Origin: Myxococcota bacterium
GTDB taxonomy: Bacteria > Myxococcota_A > SURF-8
Direction of reading: 5' to 3'
DNA length: 64,000 nucleotides
NCBI GenBank assembly: GCA_963674735.2
Contig: CAXXQS010000001.1
Span: 64,001-128,000 of the forward strand
Below, one piece after another: positions 19,704-29,987 of this stretch. A program made the translations under genes and the position numbers. Positions within the stretch are counted from its first letter, which is position 1. Each line of letters starts with the position of its first letter. The notes beneath the pieces are model-generated. The model ran no database searches and had not been told where the DNA came from. It worked only from the letters and a program-made list of their open reading frames with translations.

Positions 19704-20249
19704 ATGAAGAAGCGCCTCTTAGTAACGTTGATGTTCGCCCTGATCGCCCTGTTTGCTGTTGCCTGTAGCGATGATGATGGAAACGATGGAGCCAATGCCG
19801 AGACTCCAAGCGATGAAGACGCCTGTGCGAACTATGACAACGTCTGTAGCGGAAATGCTGAAGCCGTCAACTGTCTGGCAAGCATCGAATACTTCGACGA
19901 CTGCCAGAAAAAATGCATGGGTTATGGTGGGGATTGCCTGGAAATCATCGACTGTTTGAATACGGACAGTGGCGATCTGTACGACCAATACTGCACAAGC
20001 GAAACACCTACTTCCGGCGATAAGCTGCCGGAAAACAGCTGCATGTCCTCCTATTGTTCCTCCGATTATGACGGGTGCAACGATAATCCCGAGTGCGTGA
20101 AACTGCATTATTGTGTTGTGGAATGTGAGAACTGTGACGACTGTGATTACACGGATTGTGAAGACAGCTGTTCAAACAATTTCCGCACGGGTACCGCCGG
20201 CTATGGCTACCTGTTACAGTGTGGAGCCGATAATGGCTGCAGTTTTTAA
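19704..20249 (+). CDS. Cys-rich lipoprotein of unknown function
   Basis: Lipobox FAVAC, many CxxxC pairs (CMSSYC, CNDNPEC, CEDSC); RBS AAGGA. Confidence 0.75.
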   Translation: MKKRLLVTLMFALIALFAVACSDDDGNDGANAETPSDEDACANYDNVCSGNAEAVNCLASIEYFDDCQKKCMGYGGDCLEIIDCLNTDSGDLYDQYCTSETPTSGDKLPENSCMSSYCSSDYDGCNDNPECVKLHYCVVECENCDDCDYTDCEDSCSNNFRTGTAGYGYLLQCGADNGCSF

Positions 20250-20409
20250 GATCACGACCTAAGACGATCTCATTTGTCCCCGGTGGATTGATCCATCGGG
20301 GATTTTTTGGTGTCTATGAGGAGCGAAGCGTCTCGAAGGACCGCGAAAAATCGGTTTTCGGCAGCCTTCTGTGCGGGCCTGACAAACGACCATCCAAAAC
20401 TAACTTAGA

Positions 20410-20989
20410 CTTCTTCGGCCGGGTGGCCGTGACAACCCTTGATCGATACAAAGAAAATGGGTGGCATGGGCTAAGCGCAGCTTGCCCATGTGCAGGATCT
20501 TCGAGCACGGGCAAGCTCCATTCCATTTCGCTTAGCCCGTGGCACCCGTTGCCCAGGCCACCCGGGGATAGAATAGATGAAGATGGGCAAAAAGTTGCCC
20601 ATCCTACGCCGGAATAGCACGACCGAAATGTAACAATAGATGCTGGAAATAATTGCTCCAACTGCCCATCAATCTGAACTTCAAAGCTACAAAGCTTCTT
20701 CGGCCGGGTGGCCGTGACAACCCCTGATCGATACAAAGAAAATGGGTGGCATGGGCTAAGCGCAGCTTGCCCATGTGCAGGATCTTCGAGCACGGGCAAG
20801 CTCCATTCCATTTCGCTTAGCCCGTGGCACCCGTTGCCCAGGCCACCCGGGGATAGAATAGATGAAGATGGGCAAAAAGTTGCCCATCCTACGCCGGAAT
20901 AGCACGACCGAAATGTAACAATAGATGCTGGAAATAATTGCTCCAACTGCCCATCAACCTGAACTTCAAAGCTACAAAACTTCTTCGGC
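20410..20989. repeat. Two tandem 285-bp direct repeats bounded by CTTCTTCGGC, each containing nested REP-like palindromes
   Basis: Units 20410-20694 and 20695-20979 are identical except for three substitutions; the boundary decamer recurs at 20980-20989 inside the kce 3' end. Confidence 0.93.
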
Positions 20990-21847
20990 GGGAATTTGTC
21001 CATCCAGATCGATGTCGCGATCGCGCCGCGACCGAATGCCCAGGATGGCGCGCGCTTCTTCCGGCGTGGCCGCTTCGCGTCCCATTTCTCGACCGATACG
21101 CACCACCCGCTCGACGAAACGGGCGTTCGAGTCGGCCTGCTCGCCTTTGTGTAGGTAGATGTTGTCTTCGAAACCCACGCGAGCGTGTCCGCCCATGGCC
21201 AACCCCATCATCATCATGGGCGTCTGGTGACGTCCCACAGCCGCCACGGTGAACGAGTCGGCGGGGGCGAGGCGGTCGGCCATGGCCACCAGGGAGCGGG
21301 CCGAGGCGTCCAACGCGCCGGGAATGCCGAACACGAAATCGAAATGGGCATGTCCGCTGAGTAAACCTTCGGCAAACAGGCGTTGGGCGCTGAGTACGTG
21401 GGAGAGATCGAAGCATTCGAGCTCGGGGCGCACATCGCGCGTGCTCATTTCCTTGGCGAAACGGCACATGAGCGGCCAGTCGTTGACGAAAATCTCGTCG
21501 CCGAAGTTGACCGTCCCGCAGTCCAGCGTGGCCATTTCCGGTTTGAGGAATACCGGCTGCAGGCGCTCGCTCCAAGTCATTCCCACGGCTCCGCCGGTGG
21601 ACGGCTGGATGATGGGAAGCGGGTCGCAGGTGTCCCGAATCGCGGCGATGGCGCGGCGGAACACTTCGATATCCTGGGTGGACGATCCGTCGTCATTGCG
21701 CACGTGCAGGTGAATGATGGCGGCACCGGCGTCGACGCAACGCTTGGCTTCCAAAGCCAGTTCGGCCGCCGTAATCGGCAAGGCCGGTTGCTGATCGCGC
21801 GTCACTTCGGCCCCGCAGATCGCGGCGGTAATGATCACTTTAGACAT
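20972..21847 (-). CDS. kce: 3-keto-5-aminohexanoate cleavage enzyme (BKACE family)
   Basis: KVIITAAICG, AGAAIIHLHVR, STGGA, PELECFD, RVGFEDN. Confidence 0.9.
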   Translation of the reverse strand: MSKVIITAAICGAEVTRDQQPALPITAAELALEAKRCVDAGAAIIHLHVRNDDGSSTQDIEVFRRAIAAIRDTCDPLPIIQPSTGGAVGMTWSERLQPVFLKPEMATLDCGTVNFGDEIFVNDWPLMCRFAKEMSTRDVRPELECFDLSHVLSAQRLFAEGLLSGHAHFDFVFGIPGALDASARSLVAMADRLAPADSFTVAAVGRHQTPMMMMGLAMGGHARVGFEDNIYLHKGEQADSNARFVERVVRIGREMGREAATPEEARAILGIRSRRDRDIDLDGQIPAEEVL

Positions 21848-21896
21848 GCGACTCCCCTGTGAATGTCGATAGACACAACCCGGCTACGGATCACAA

Positions 21897-22865
21897 TCAG
21901 CGCCGTTTGGTGGTTTTACCCTGGCGACGCTTGCGCTTGCTTTTGCCGCGCCGCTTGGGACGCTTGGATTGTTTGCTGGCATTTTTGGCGGCGTCGAGGA
22001 TTTCGCCGGTGGTGCGCCCTTTTTCATACTCGACCTCGATTCCGGCGTCCCACACCATGCGCCAATCCGGTGCGCTGCGGTCGCTGGTATGCAGGTAGGC
22101 GAGTTCATCGTCCGCCATGATCAGGATCAAGCCGGGCTGGACATCCAGCACCAAGACGCCATCGGCCAGGTAGTCGTCCTGGTGCACCTGATGCACGCCA
22201 TCCCCGCAAGCGTAACCCGCCGGGATAAGCAGGCGCCCCACATAGCGGCCGCTTTTGGGATCGTAGGTGGTGGAAAGCAGTCGAAAGCCGCCGCCGAGAC
22301 GACCGGGCTTGCGCCAGTTGCGCACTCGCGTGGTGACCACCCCGTGGTTGCCGTTCATACGCAGGCCAATATAGCTGCGGTGTCGCCAGTAGCGTCCGTA
22401 ATCGTTGAAGGCGCGCCGCTCGTGCATGAGCGGACAATAGCCCTCCGGCAGATCCGGTTCGTCGGGTTCGCTCTCCGCCGATTCGTCGTCCTCATCGGCA
22501 ACAGGGGGCGGTGAGGTGAGAATGTCCAGCTCAGGCGGATTGCGCGAGGGATAACCGATCGGGCCGCTGTCGTAATCCAGTTCTTCCGCGTCGCCCTTGA
22601 CCTCGCGAATGTTGGCGTTCGGATAGCCGGTCACGCTGCCTTCGTTGGCGATAAAGGCTTTACCCTTCGTTTCTCCGGCTTCCGTGACGTCGAACTCGAC
22701 TCCCACCCCGTCGCCTTTCCCATCTTTGGGGTTGGATTCGGCGTAGGTGTCGGATCTCCCGGCGTTGGGGTTGAAGCTATCGGCCGCATAGGCCGACGTC
22801 GTGGCCAGGCCCAGCGCGAAAAACGTGATCAGTCGCCATACAATCGGATTCATGTCGTCCTCCAT
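21897..22865 (-). CDS. Secreted hypothetical protein with a possible PilP/GspC-HR-like beta domain and basic C-terminal tail
   Basis: Signal peptide ending AYA; RLLSTTY..GRLLI..VHQDDYLADGVLVLDVQPGLILI; K/R-rich tail. Confidence 0.6.
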   Translation of the reverse strand: MEDDMNPIVWRLITFFALGLATTSAYAADSFNPNAGRSDTYAESNPKDGKGDGVGVEFDVTEAGETKGKAFIANEGSVTGYPNANIREVKGDAEELDYDSGPIGYPSRNPPELDILTSPPPVADEDDESAESEPDEPDLPEGYCPLMHERRAFNDYGRYWRHRSYIGLRMNGNHGVVTTRVRNWRKPGRLGGGFRLLSTTYDPKSGRYVGRLLIPAGYACGDGVHQVHQDDYLADGVLVLDVQPGLILIMADDELAYLHTSDRSAPDWRMVWDAGIEVEYEKGRTTGEILDAAKNASKQSKRPKRRGKSKRKRRQGKTTKRR

Positions 22866-22963
22866 CTGTCCGCCATTCTACCGTGAGGAGGGGACACTTG
22901 GCAAGAGCGGCTTTCATGGCCTGTTTCGGGAATGAGATCAGGGTCTTGTGATTTTTCGGTGAC

Positions 22964-23965
22964 TCAGCGTGCGGCGTTTCCGTCGATGACCGACTGCAGC
23001 AGCGCCGGGTCGTCGGTCATCACGCCATCCACCCCCATGTCCATCCAGGCCTGCATCTCGGCGGCGTCGTTGATGGTCCAGATCTGCACGTTCACACCGA
23101 AACGGCCGGCGATCTCCAGTAATTCGGGTGAGATATCGGGCAGTTGAAAGATCGGGCAGGGCGGTTCGTAATCGGCGGCGGTCGCGTCGCTCAAGGTGGT
23201 GAAGGTTACCATTTCCGCCGTTCCCGCACCGGTGACGATACGCGGGTTTTTCTCGCGGATTTCCTGTACCACGGAATCGAAAAACGAGACCAGAATCACG
23301 CGCTCTTCCATCTCCGTATCGGCCAGAATCGCCAGAACGGCGTCGATGATGGGGGGATCGCTCTGCTTGATTTCGGCCGAGAAGATGGCCTCGGGGAAGG
23401 CGTCGAGCACCTCGCGCAAGGTCGCGACCTGCACCCCTTGTCCGCGGTAGGGGTAGGTTGCGCCGCCGTCGGGCGTAAAGGCATATCCGGCATCGAGGGC
23501 GCGCAGTTCGTCGAAGGTCATCTGATTGATGCGTCCTTCACCGTCGGTGATGCGGTTGACCGTCGCATCGTGATGCAACACGACCACCCCGTCGGAGGTT
23601 GCGTGCAGGTCCATCTCCAGCATATCCGCCCCCACGGCCAGCGCATTCTGGTAGGCCGGGAGGCTCTCTTCCGGGGCCAGCCGCCCGCCGCCGCGATGGG
23701 CGATGTTCAGAAAATCGTGCTGCCGCAGGGGATGATCCGCGCGGAAACCCCAGCGGTCGAGGACGTCTTCGGCTTCGCCGTCGGTCGTTTCGGCCTCCGC
23801 CTCCGCTTCGTCGTCATAATCGCCATCCGTTGCCGGGCTTTCGGAATCGCCGCCACTCTCCCGTTCGATATCCACATCGCCATCCACGCTCGCGTCGTCG
23901 CCTCCGCAGGCCACGAGAAAAAGCATCACGATTATGGCGAAAGCCGCGATCAAAACCCGATTCAT
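22964..23965 (-). CDS. Glycerophosphodiester phosphodiesterase lipoprotein with DGD linker
   Basis: Lipobox LVAC, IAHRGG..APEES, LEMDLH..DG..VLHHD, EIK, WTIND, GVDGVMTDDP. Confidence 0.9.
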   Translation of the reverse strand: MNRVLIAAFAIIVMLFLVACGGDDASVDGDVDIERESGGDSESPATDGDYDDEAEAEAETTDGEAEDVLDRWGFRADHPLRQHDFLNIAHRGGGRLAPEESLPAYQNALAVGADMLEMDLHATSDGVVVLHHDATVNRITDGEGRINQMTFDELRALDAGYAFTPDGGATYPYRGQGVQVATLREVLDAFPEAIFSAEIKQSDPPIIDAVLAILADTEMEERVILVSFFDSVVQEIREKNPRIVTGAGTAEMVTFTTLSDATAADYEPPCPIFQLPDISPELLEIAGRFGVNVQIWTINDAAEMQAWMDMGVDGVMTDDPALLQSVIDGNAAR

Positions 23966-24183
23966 GACATCCCCTTTGCGATTACGGAGCCGAACACGAA
24001 ACTCGCCGCTAACTTTAACCGAACATTCAAGGCCGTGCAAGATCGCGCTGATTTTGTCGCTTTCATGACGCACGGAGCTTCCGCCGAGAGGGAAGGATCA
24101 CCGACTTCCACGCCATCCCGGCGGCCACGGGGTTTCAATTCTAAGCTTTTCACCGTTTTCCACCCACGATAATTCGGTTTACG

Positions 24184-24259
24184 GGGTGCCATGGGCCAAG
24201 CCTTTGGCTTGCCCATGCTGTTTTCACGGGCAAACCTGACGGTTGTGCCCGTGCCACCC
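24184..24259. repeat. REP-like palindrome, same family as those in the 285-bp repeats
   Basis: GGGTGCCATGGGC..GCCCATG..CACGGGC..GCCCGTGCCACCC. Confidence 0.75.
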
Positions 24260-24411
24260 ATCATCGATCGAAGATTATTCGAGACTCAATCGGAATTGAA
24301 ACACCCTACCTGGCGGCTTTTCGTCTAGCCAAATCAAGCGGCTCCATGTTAGCCTGCCGTTAGCGCCGAGTGGAACTTTCCGGGAAACACTGCCGGATAC
24401 GGGAGGATGAG

Positions 24412-25392
24412 ATGCAAAGCGGTTGGCGGTTGAGCGTGATGGTTTTCTGTTTTTCGCTGCTATTGGTTCTTACGGCGGGCTGTTCGGACGATGAGGCGAA
24501 TGCGCCGAATGGTGATGCGGACGTCCCGGACAGCGAGCGGGAAGCGGATGCCGACCTTGATGGCGATGGCGAGGAGGCGGTCGAAGACGAAGCCGCCGAG
24601 AATGTCTCCTTCCGCTTTGCCGTCATCAGCGATACGCATATCTGGCCCGACGCCGAGCACGAAAATTCGGTTTACCTCACCGCGCTTGCCGCCGAGCTCA
24701 ACGCCCTCGATCCGCCCCCCGCGTTCGCCGTCATCACCGGCGACTGCGTGCACGATCTCTACTGTCTGCCCGACTACACCTGCGAAGATCCGCTGCCGAT
24801 TTTGACGCTCTACCGCGACCTGCTCGAAACGGCCTTCGACATGCCGGTCTTTTCGGTGATCGGGAATCACGATGTGCGCTATTTCGACAGTTTTCTCGAC
24901 AAACCCACGCCGTTGAACTCCTGGGCCATCGCCTTCGAAGGTTCCCCGCTGTATCCCGGTCCTTACTACGCCTTCGACGAACAGGGCTTCCGGTTCATCG
25001 TCCTCGACGCCACCGACCTGGCCTATGACCACGCCTCCAACGATCTGGCCAGTTTCGGCGAGGAGCAACTCGCCTGGCTCGATACGCAACTATCGGACGA
25101 TCTGCCCGCCGTCTTGTTTTGGCATCATTGGCTGGAGCCGCCCGTCACCGCCACCCTCGACGACGATGCCAATCCGCTCTTTGCGGTGCTCGACGCCCAT
25201 CGCGACAGCGTGCGCGCCACGTTCACCGGCCACAAGCATCACTGGGACCATGCCGAATGGCAGGGCATCGATTTCTATCAAACCGACAACCTCAGCGGCA
25301 ACGACGCCTTGCCTTACTACTTGATGGAAACCGATCCTGCGACGGGTGAAGTACGGGTGGTCAATGCCGAAGACGTGGGCGACAGCAACTGA
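24412..25392 (+). CDS. Calcineurin-like metallophosphoesterase lipoprotein (CpdA/Icc-like) with DGD linker
   Basis: Lipobox LTAGC, SDTH, TGD, GNHD, HH, GHKH motifs; RBS GGAGG. Confidence 0.88.
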   Translation: MQSGWRLSVMVFCFSLLLVLTAGCSDDEANAPNGDADVPDSEREADADLDGDGEEAVEDEAAENVSFRFAVISDTHIWPDAEHENSVYLTALAAELNALDPPPAFAVITGDCVHDLYCLPDYTCEDPLPILTLYRDLLETAFDMPVFSVIGNHDVRYFDSFLDKPTPLNSWAIAFEGSPLYPGPYYAFDEQGFRFIVLDATDLAYDHASNDLASFGEEQLAWLDTQLSDDLPAVLFWHHWLEPPVTATLDDDANPLFAVLDAHRDSVRATFTGHKHHWDHAEWQGIDFYQTDNLSGNDALPYYLMETDPATGEVRVVNAEDVGDSN

Positions 25393-25619
25393 GTGTCGCT
25401 TTTTCCTGCGGTTAAACGGACAAGGGGTCAAGCGGTCGCGTTTTTTTGCCATCCAGCATCATTTCCTTTGTTTTAGGGGCCGAAAAAGGTTCTTTTCTTG
25501 CAAAAACGACTAGTCAGCCATTTCATTTGGTGATAAAGTCCCCCGCCGAATCGAGTGGGCGTGCTTGCCCCGTTGATGTCGATTTACACCTGTTGCCGTT
25601 GTTCACCTGGAGGTTCCCG

Positions 25620-27647
25620 ATGCTGCACCGACGTTTCCTGGCCTGTTTTCTTCTCCTGTTTCTGTTGACAGCCTGCGGCGGTTCCGACGACTCCGCCGAT
25701 AAGGACTCGCCGGTGGTGGGGTCGCTCGGCGAGCAACGCTCAGCCTCGACCACCCTGACCCCCGAAGACGGCGGCGAGTTGACCCTCAAAGCCGATAACG
25801 GCGACCGACTCAGCTTGACCGTTCCCGCCAACGCCGTGGATGAAGAAACGGAAATCACGGTTACCTGGCTGGCCGAAGCGCCCGACACACAACTGACGGA
25901 TATCTTGTTTGCGTTGCGTTTCGAACCCGATGGCCTCAGCTTCGCCATTCCCGCGCATCTGACCATCGAACACGACGATGCCTACGACGAGGCCGACGAT
26001 GTCACCCTTTTCTGGGTGGCCGAGTCCGAACGGGTTCTGGCCATGACGGTGGATCCGATTATCGCCGCCACCGATGTCTATCTCCCGCATTTCAGCGATT
26101 ACGCCGGAGCCAAAGGCGGCCCGAACATGGAATTCTCCTGCATGGAAGCCAACTGGCTGGATCCGGCGCCCACCTGTCTGGAAGACCTTCCGATGATAAA
26201 CAACCTGATGAAATGCGCCGCCCAGGCTTCACGAGATGGGGCTTCCGAAAGCGACGTGTGGGATTACATCCACACCGCCAGCAACCTGTTCTTGGGCAGC
26301 TTCAAAAAAATGCGCGCCAAAGCCATTCCCGAAGATGATTACTGCCACCGATACGGCAGCGGGGCCGGTAAATACATCGAAGACCTTTACACCTGCATCA
26401 ACGTTCCCGGCATCGGTACCCCCGGTTTTCTGGACGATGACGACTACGATGAAATCTATCGGGGAATCGAGGAGGCCGCCACCGAACTGGCGCAAGCCTG
26501 GCTCGATTCCGATCCGCCCACCGGGGACAGTTGCTACAAGCTCGGCGAAGTCCAGGAGTGGCTGGATTATGCCGCCTGTCTGGTTGCCGATCCGACCCAT
26601 CGGCTCGATGAACACGAACTGTTCAGCGACCACCTGCTCAATGGGAAAGTCATGGTTCAGGAGGAATTTCTCGGCACTTCCATCCCCAGTAACCACGACG
26701 AGTTGTGCGGTTGGTATCTCGATTGCCTCAATACCCACATGGGGCATCTCTCCCTGACACGCAGCACCGGTCCGGACGCCGAGAACGTAGCGCAAAATAT
26801 CGAGCGCCGTTTAAACGAAACCGAGGCCCAGTGCATGAGCCTGTGGGACGCTGAAATCGAGCTTCATATCACCCAGAGCTACGCCATGTCGGGCATGGAA
26901 GAATACGAGGCCGATTACACGATCACCGTCACCTACAAGGACATCTCCATCGATGCGGAGCGGGATGATATGCAGACGGCCATGCAATCGATCAACGAGC
27001 TTGGCGGTATCGTGCCCGGGATGAAAGACAATGAGGGCCGCACACTCGAAACTCCGTTCTTCACCAATCTCGACAACGGCGGACAGATCATTCAGATGTC
27101 GTTCATGCTCGATCTCGATGCCGCGCATAGCTGGGATCTGACCGACAACGGCAGCGACTACACCTGCTTGATGGACTTCGCCTGTGGGACCGTCAGCGAT
27201 TTCGAAGCGCGCAAAGCCGAGCCGAGCCCCTATCCGGGTGCGTCGCCGAGCGGCCAGTTGATGATGATGCGCACGCGCGCCAACCAGGACGTCAACTGGG
27301 CCAGAAGCACCCTTCCGGCCAACAGCGGCTATCTGATCTGGCGTTTCGAAAATCTCGTGGATCTGTGTCGGTACGATACCGAAGAGGGCGAGTGGTCTTG
27401 CGAACGTCCGACCATGGGAACCGTCGCCGAACCGCGTCCGGACGCCGCCGACGTGGTGAGCGAGCCCGAGGTGCCCGATCACCATTTTTTCAACGCCCAC
27501 CTGACGCCTCAACAAGTTAAGAATGTGCTCGACCGGAAAGGTTTTTCGTATTCGTACGACTTGACCAACCACCTTGAAATCAACGATGGGGCGGTGCTGG
27601 AAGACCAGGTGCAAGCCGTGACGGTGACGTTGACGCCGAAGAATTAG
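25620..27647 (+). CDS. Lipoprotein with ZU5-like domain ending in HFS, Cys-paired helical repeats and an unknown C-terminal domain
   Basis: Lipobox LTAC; TPEDGGEL..LTVPANAV..ITVT..FEPDGLSFAIPA.LTI..LPHFSDY; RBS GGAGG. Confidence 0.72.
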   Translation: MLHRRFLACFLLLFLLTACGGSDDSADKDSPVVGSLGEQRSASTTLTPEDGGELTLKADNGDRLSLTVPANAVDEETEITVTWLAEAPDTQLTDILFALRFEPDGLSFAIPAHLTIEHDDAYDEADDVTLFWVAESERVLAMTVDPIIAATDVYLPHFSDYAGAKGGPNMEFSCMEANWLDPAPTCLEDLPMINNLMKCAAQASRDGASESDVWDYIHTASNLFLGSFKKMRAKAIPEDDYCHRYGSGAGKYIEDLYTCINVPGIGTPGFLDDDDYDEIYRGIEEAATELAQAWLDSDPPTGDSCYKLGEVQEWLDYAACLVADPTHRLDEHELFSDHLLNGKVMVQEEFLGTSIPSNHDELCGWYLDCLNTHMGHLSLTRSTGPDAENVAQNIERRLNETEAQCMSLWDAEIELHITQSYAMSGMEEYEADYTITVTYKDISIDAERDDMQTAMQSINELGGIVPGMKDNEGRTLETPFFTNLDNGGQIIQMSFMLDLDAAHSWDLTDNGSDYTCLMDFACGTVSDFEARKAEPSPYPGASPSGQLMMMRTRANQDVNWARSTLPANSGYLIWRFENLVDLCRYDTEEGEWSCERPTMGTVAEPRPDAADVVSEPEVPDHHFFNAHLTPQQVKNVLDRKGFSYSYDLTNHLEINDGAVLEDQVQAVTVTLTPKN

Positions 27648-27785
27648 TTTCCGGTGCACTCGCGGTATTTATATACTCTATCTTCAAATCTCAAAGTGCA
27701 AAAGGTAGGGTCTGTTATCGATGGCGGAGATGGACGCGAATGAGGAACCCGTCTCGCCGATAGAGTTCGAGGAGATCGCGTAATC

Positions 27786-27822
27786 CGCCGTTTAGGAGCT
27801 CTCTATGGGCTCCTGAACGGCG
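27786..27822. terminator. Strong intergenic hairpin between convergent genes (terminator or REP-like)
   Basis: CGCCGTTTAGGAGC / GCTCCTGAACGGCG 14-bp stem; no clear U-tract. Confidence 0.4.
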
Positions 27823-27888
27823 ATGCGACGGCGATGCGATGGATCGGAGAGCTTGCCTTGAAATAACAAAGTGCGAAGAAGCGTTGCG

Positions 27889-29867
27889 CTACCTGATTCT
27901 CTTCTTTCTTTTTCTTGTTACAAGATATGAGGCGACAAGTACAAACAATAAGACTGAAGAATCTTTGGTGGTTTGACAACCGCTCTCACTGACGACTTCG
28001 CCGCTTTCATCTTCATTGTTTTCATCACCCTCTGCGTGAGTGTCATAATCTCCATCCACGGTCTCGCTTTTATCTTCTTCTGCCATTTCACGTTCGTTAT
28101 CCATATCATTATCGTCGTCAGTTTCAACGATTTCTTGTTCCTCGTCGCCATCTAGACTTGTATCATAATCACCGTCCACGGTTTCGCTATTGTCTTCTTC
28201 TGCCATTTCCAATTCGTCATCCATTTCCTCGTCAAAATCGGCATCGCCATCAGCCTCTTCCAAATCACACAACGTTCCTGTCCAGCCGTTCGTGCAAGCA
28301 CAGGTGCCATCGCCTTCTAAGCCATCATTGCAACTCCCGTTTACGCATGCCGGACACGAAGTGCAATTATCTCCATAGTAATCGTCTTCACATTTATCGC
28401 AAAGCTCATCATCCCAGCCGTTTTCACAAACACAGGTGCCATCGCCTTCGAGGTCGTCGTTGCAACTGCCGTTGACGCATGCCGGACACGGAGTGCAGCT
28501 TGAGCCGTAGTAGTTGTCGGCACAGCTATCACAGGGGTTTCCAATCCATCCTGTATTACAGTCACAATTTCCGCCGGAACCACACGTGCCGTTTTCACAA
28601 TCGCCTACCTTGCAGCAAACGCTATCCACACAATAACCGGATTCGCAGATAATGCTTGATTCACAGGGTCCACCCGATCCAAGTCTAAATTCATAAGCTC
28701 CCAGGTCGCATGTAGAACCACGGGGATACAAGCGTTGATCTGTCTTGAAATAATGGGGCAACTCGGTATCGTTCATAAAATTATATGTGTATGAGGTTCC
28801 ACAATCCCCTGCATTGATTGCCACAGAATCAGGATTTAAAGCATGTGTAAAAGTGTTTCCACCATTGTCCGCTATTTCATCGATTTTGGCATCGACATTA
28901 CAAGCAAAACCCATTGATGAAGAGTTACAAGCAGAGGTAAAGTCATAATCGGACGATGTGTTGCTTATCAATACATTGCCAGCCTCCGTAATATTGGTAG
29001 CACAAATATCCGGGTAGCTACCCGATAGGCCTACCACATTTTCGGCAATGATCGAATCATAAATCGTACAGTCAGCAATGCTCAGTCCGGCACAGGCATT
29101 GTTCGCATAATTATTTATAATGGAACTGCCATATAGATTCAAAGTGCCATAGATCTGGTTGTCATTTCGATTATAATTCTCTATTCCTCCGCCAAATCCT
29201 CCTTGGGCGATATTGCCTGAAATTGTAGTGTTAATAATATGGGCTATTCCCAGGTTGTATATTCCCTCTCCGTCAAAACTTGCTTTATTTGTTAATATTG
29301 CACCAGTTGGCCTATTATAACACTCACCTGATCAGAGATGTAAAAACCGCCGCCATGGCAGCCGTGACAAAAAGCATTCTGTATAATTATATTTTCGAAT
29401 CTGGCCGGATTAAAGTAGTAATCTGCAGAATGACCATTTTCGATTATCTCAAACATTCTGTCTTTATCTGACGGTACTCCCGTATCTTTGTTCCCTTCCA
29501 GTATCGTCATTCCGATTTTTTAGAACCAATTATTGCAAGCGGTTTCTTGATATCGAAATCACCGGTTAGATTATTATCCTCGGAAGGACCTTCCAGGGTG
29601 ATTGTGATCGTACCTGCTGGAACATAAATAGTTGCAGAAGTACAGGACGAACCGTAAGAACAGTTATCAACTGCATAACCATTGTTGACAGAAGATATCG
29701 CCTCACGCAAGCTGCAATCACCATCGAATAGATATTCATCATCCAATGTCGTTACATTTATGGAGCAGCTGGCCGCCTGTACGTTGCTTGATAATAAGAA
29801 ACCCGACATTGCAGTATAAACAAACAACAGAATTACCGTTTTTCCAGAATTTGGAAGTGAAATTCAT
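27889..29867 (-). pseudogene. CSLREA-domain / beta-helix / EGF-repeat surface protein with MYXO-CTERM-like anchor, broken by at least three frameshifts (real or sequencing error)
   Basis: Pieces give a signal peptide, DGDCSLREAI, GDFDI, GGG(F/I)Y repeats, DNGGNTFTHAL..TDQR..CDLGAYE, duplicated CPACVNGSCND EGF units, DGD linker and ESGC-hydrophobic-RKRKKR; shifts near 29841, 29518 and about 29310. Confidence 0.78.
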
Positions 29868-29987
29868 GCCATTACCCTTTCTTGAATACAGCTGGAAGAA
29901 AAGTATTACATGTTTTTATTGCTTATGTGGAATTCGAACAACAGCGGGAAATACCCATCAGCAGGATGCTCAGTTGTAACAAAATGT

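Noticed and set aside
19704-20249. Multiheme cytochrome call for the Cys-rich proteins (also 13755-15764, 52337-53539, 59887-64000)
   Set aside because: No CxxCH motifs in these proteins; Cys spacing fits disulfide or metal-binding repeats
20410-20989. Repeat region as a CRISPR array
   Set aside because: Only two long near-identical units, no unique spacers and no cas genes in the window
20314-21003. 229-aa minus-strand ORF with an internal duplication
   Set aside because: It simply reads through the 285-bp (multiple of three) palindromic repeats and overlaps the kce end; no protein-like features
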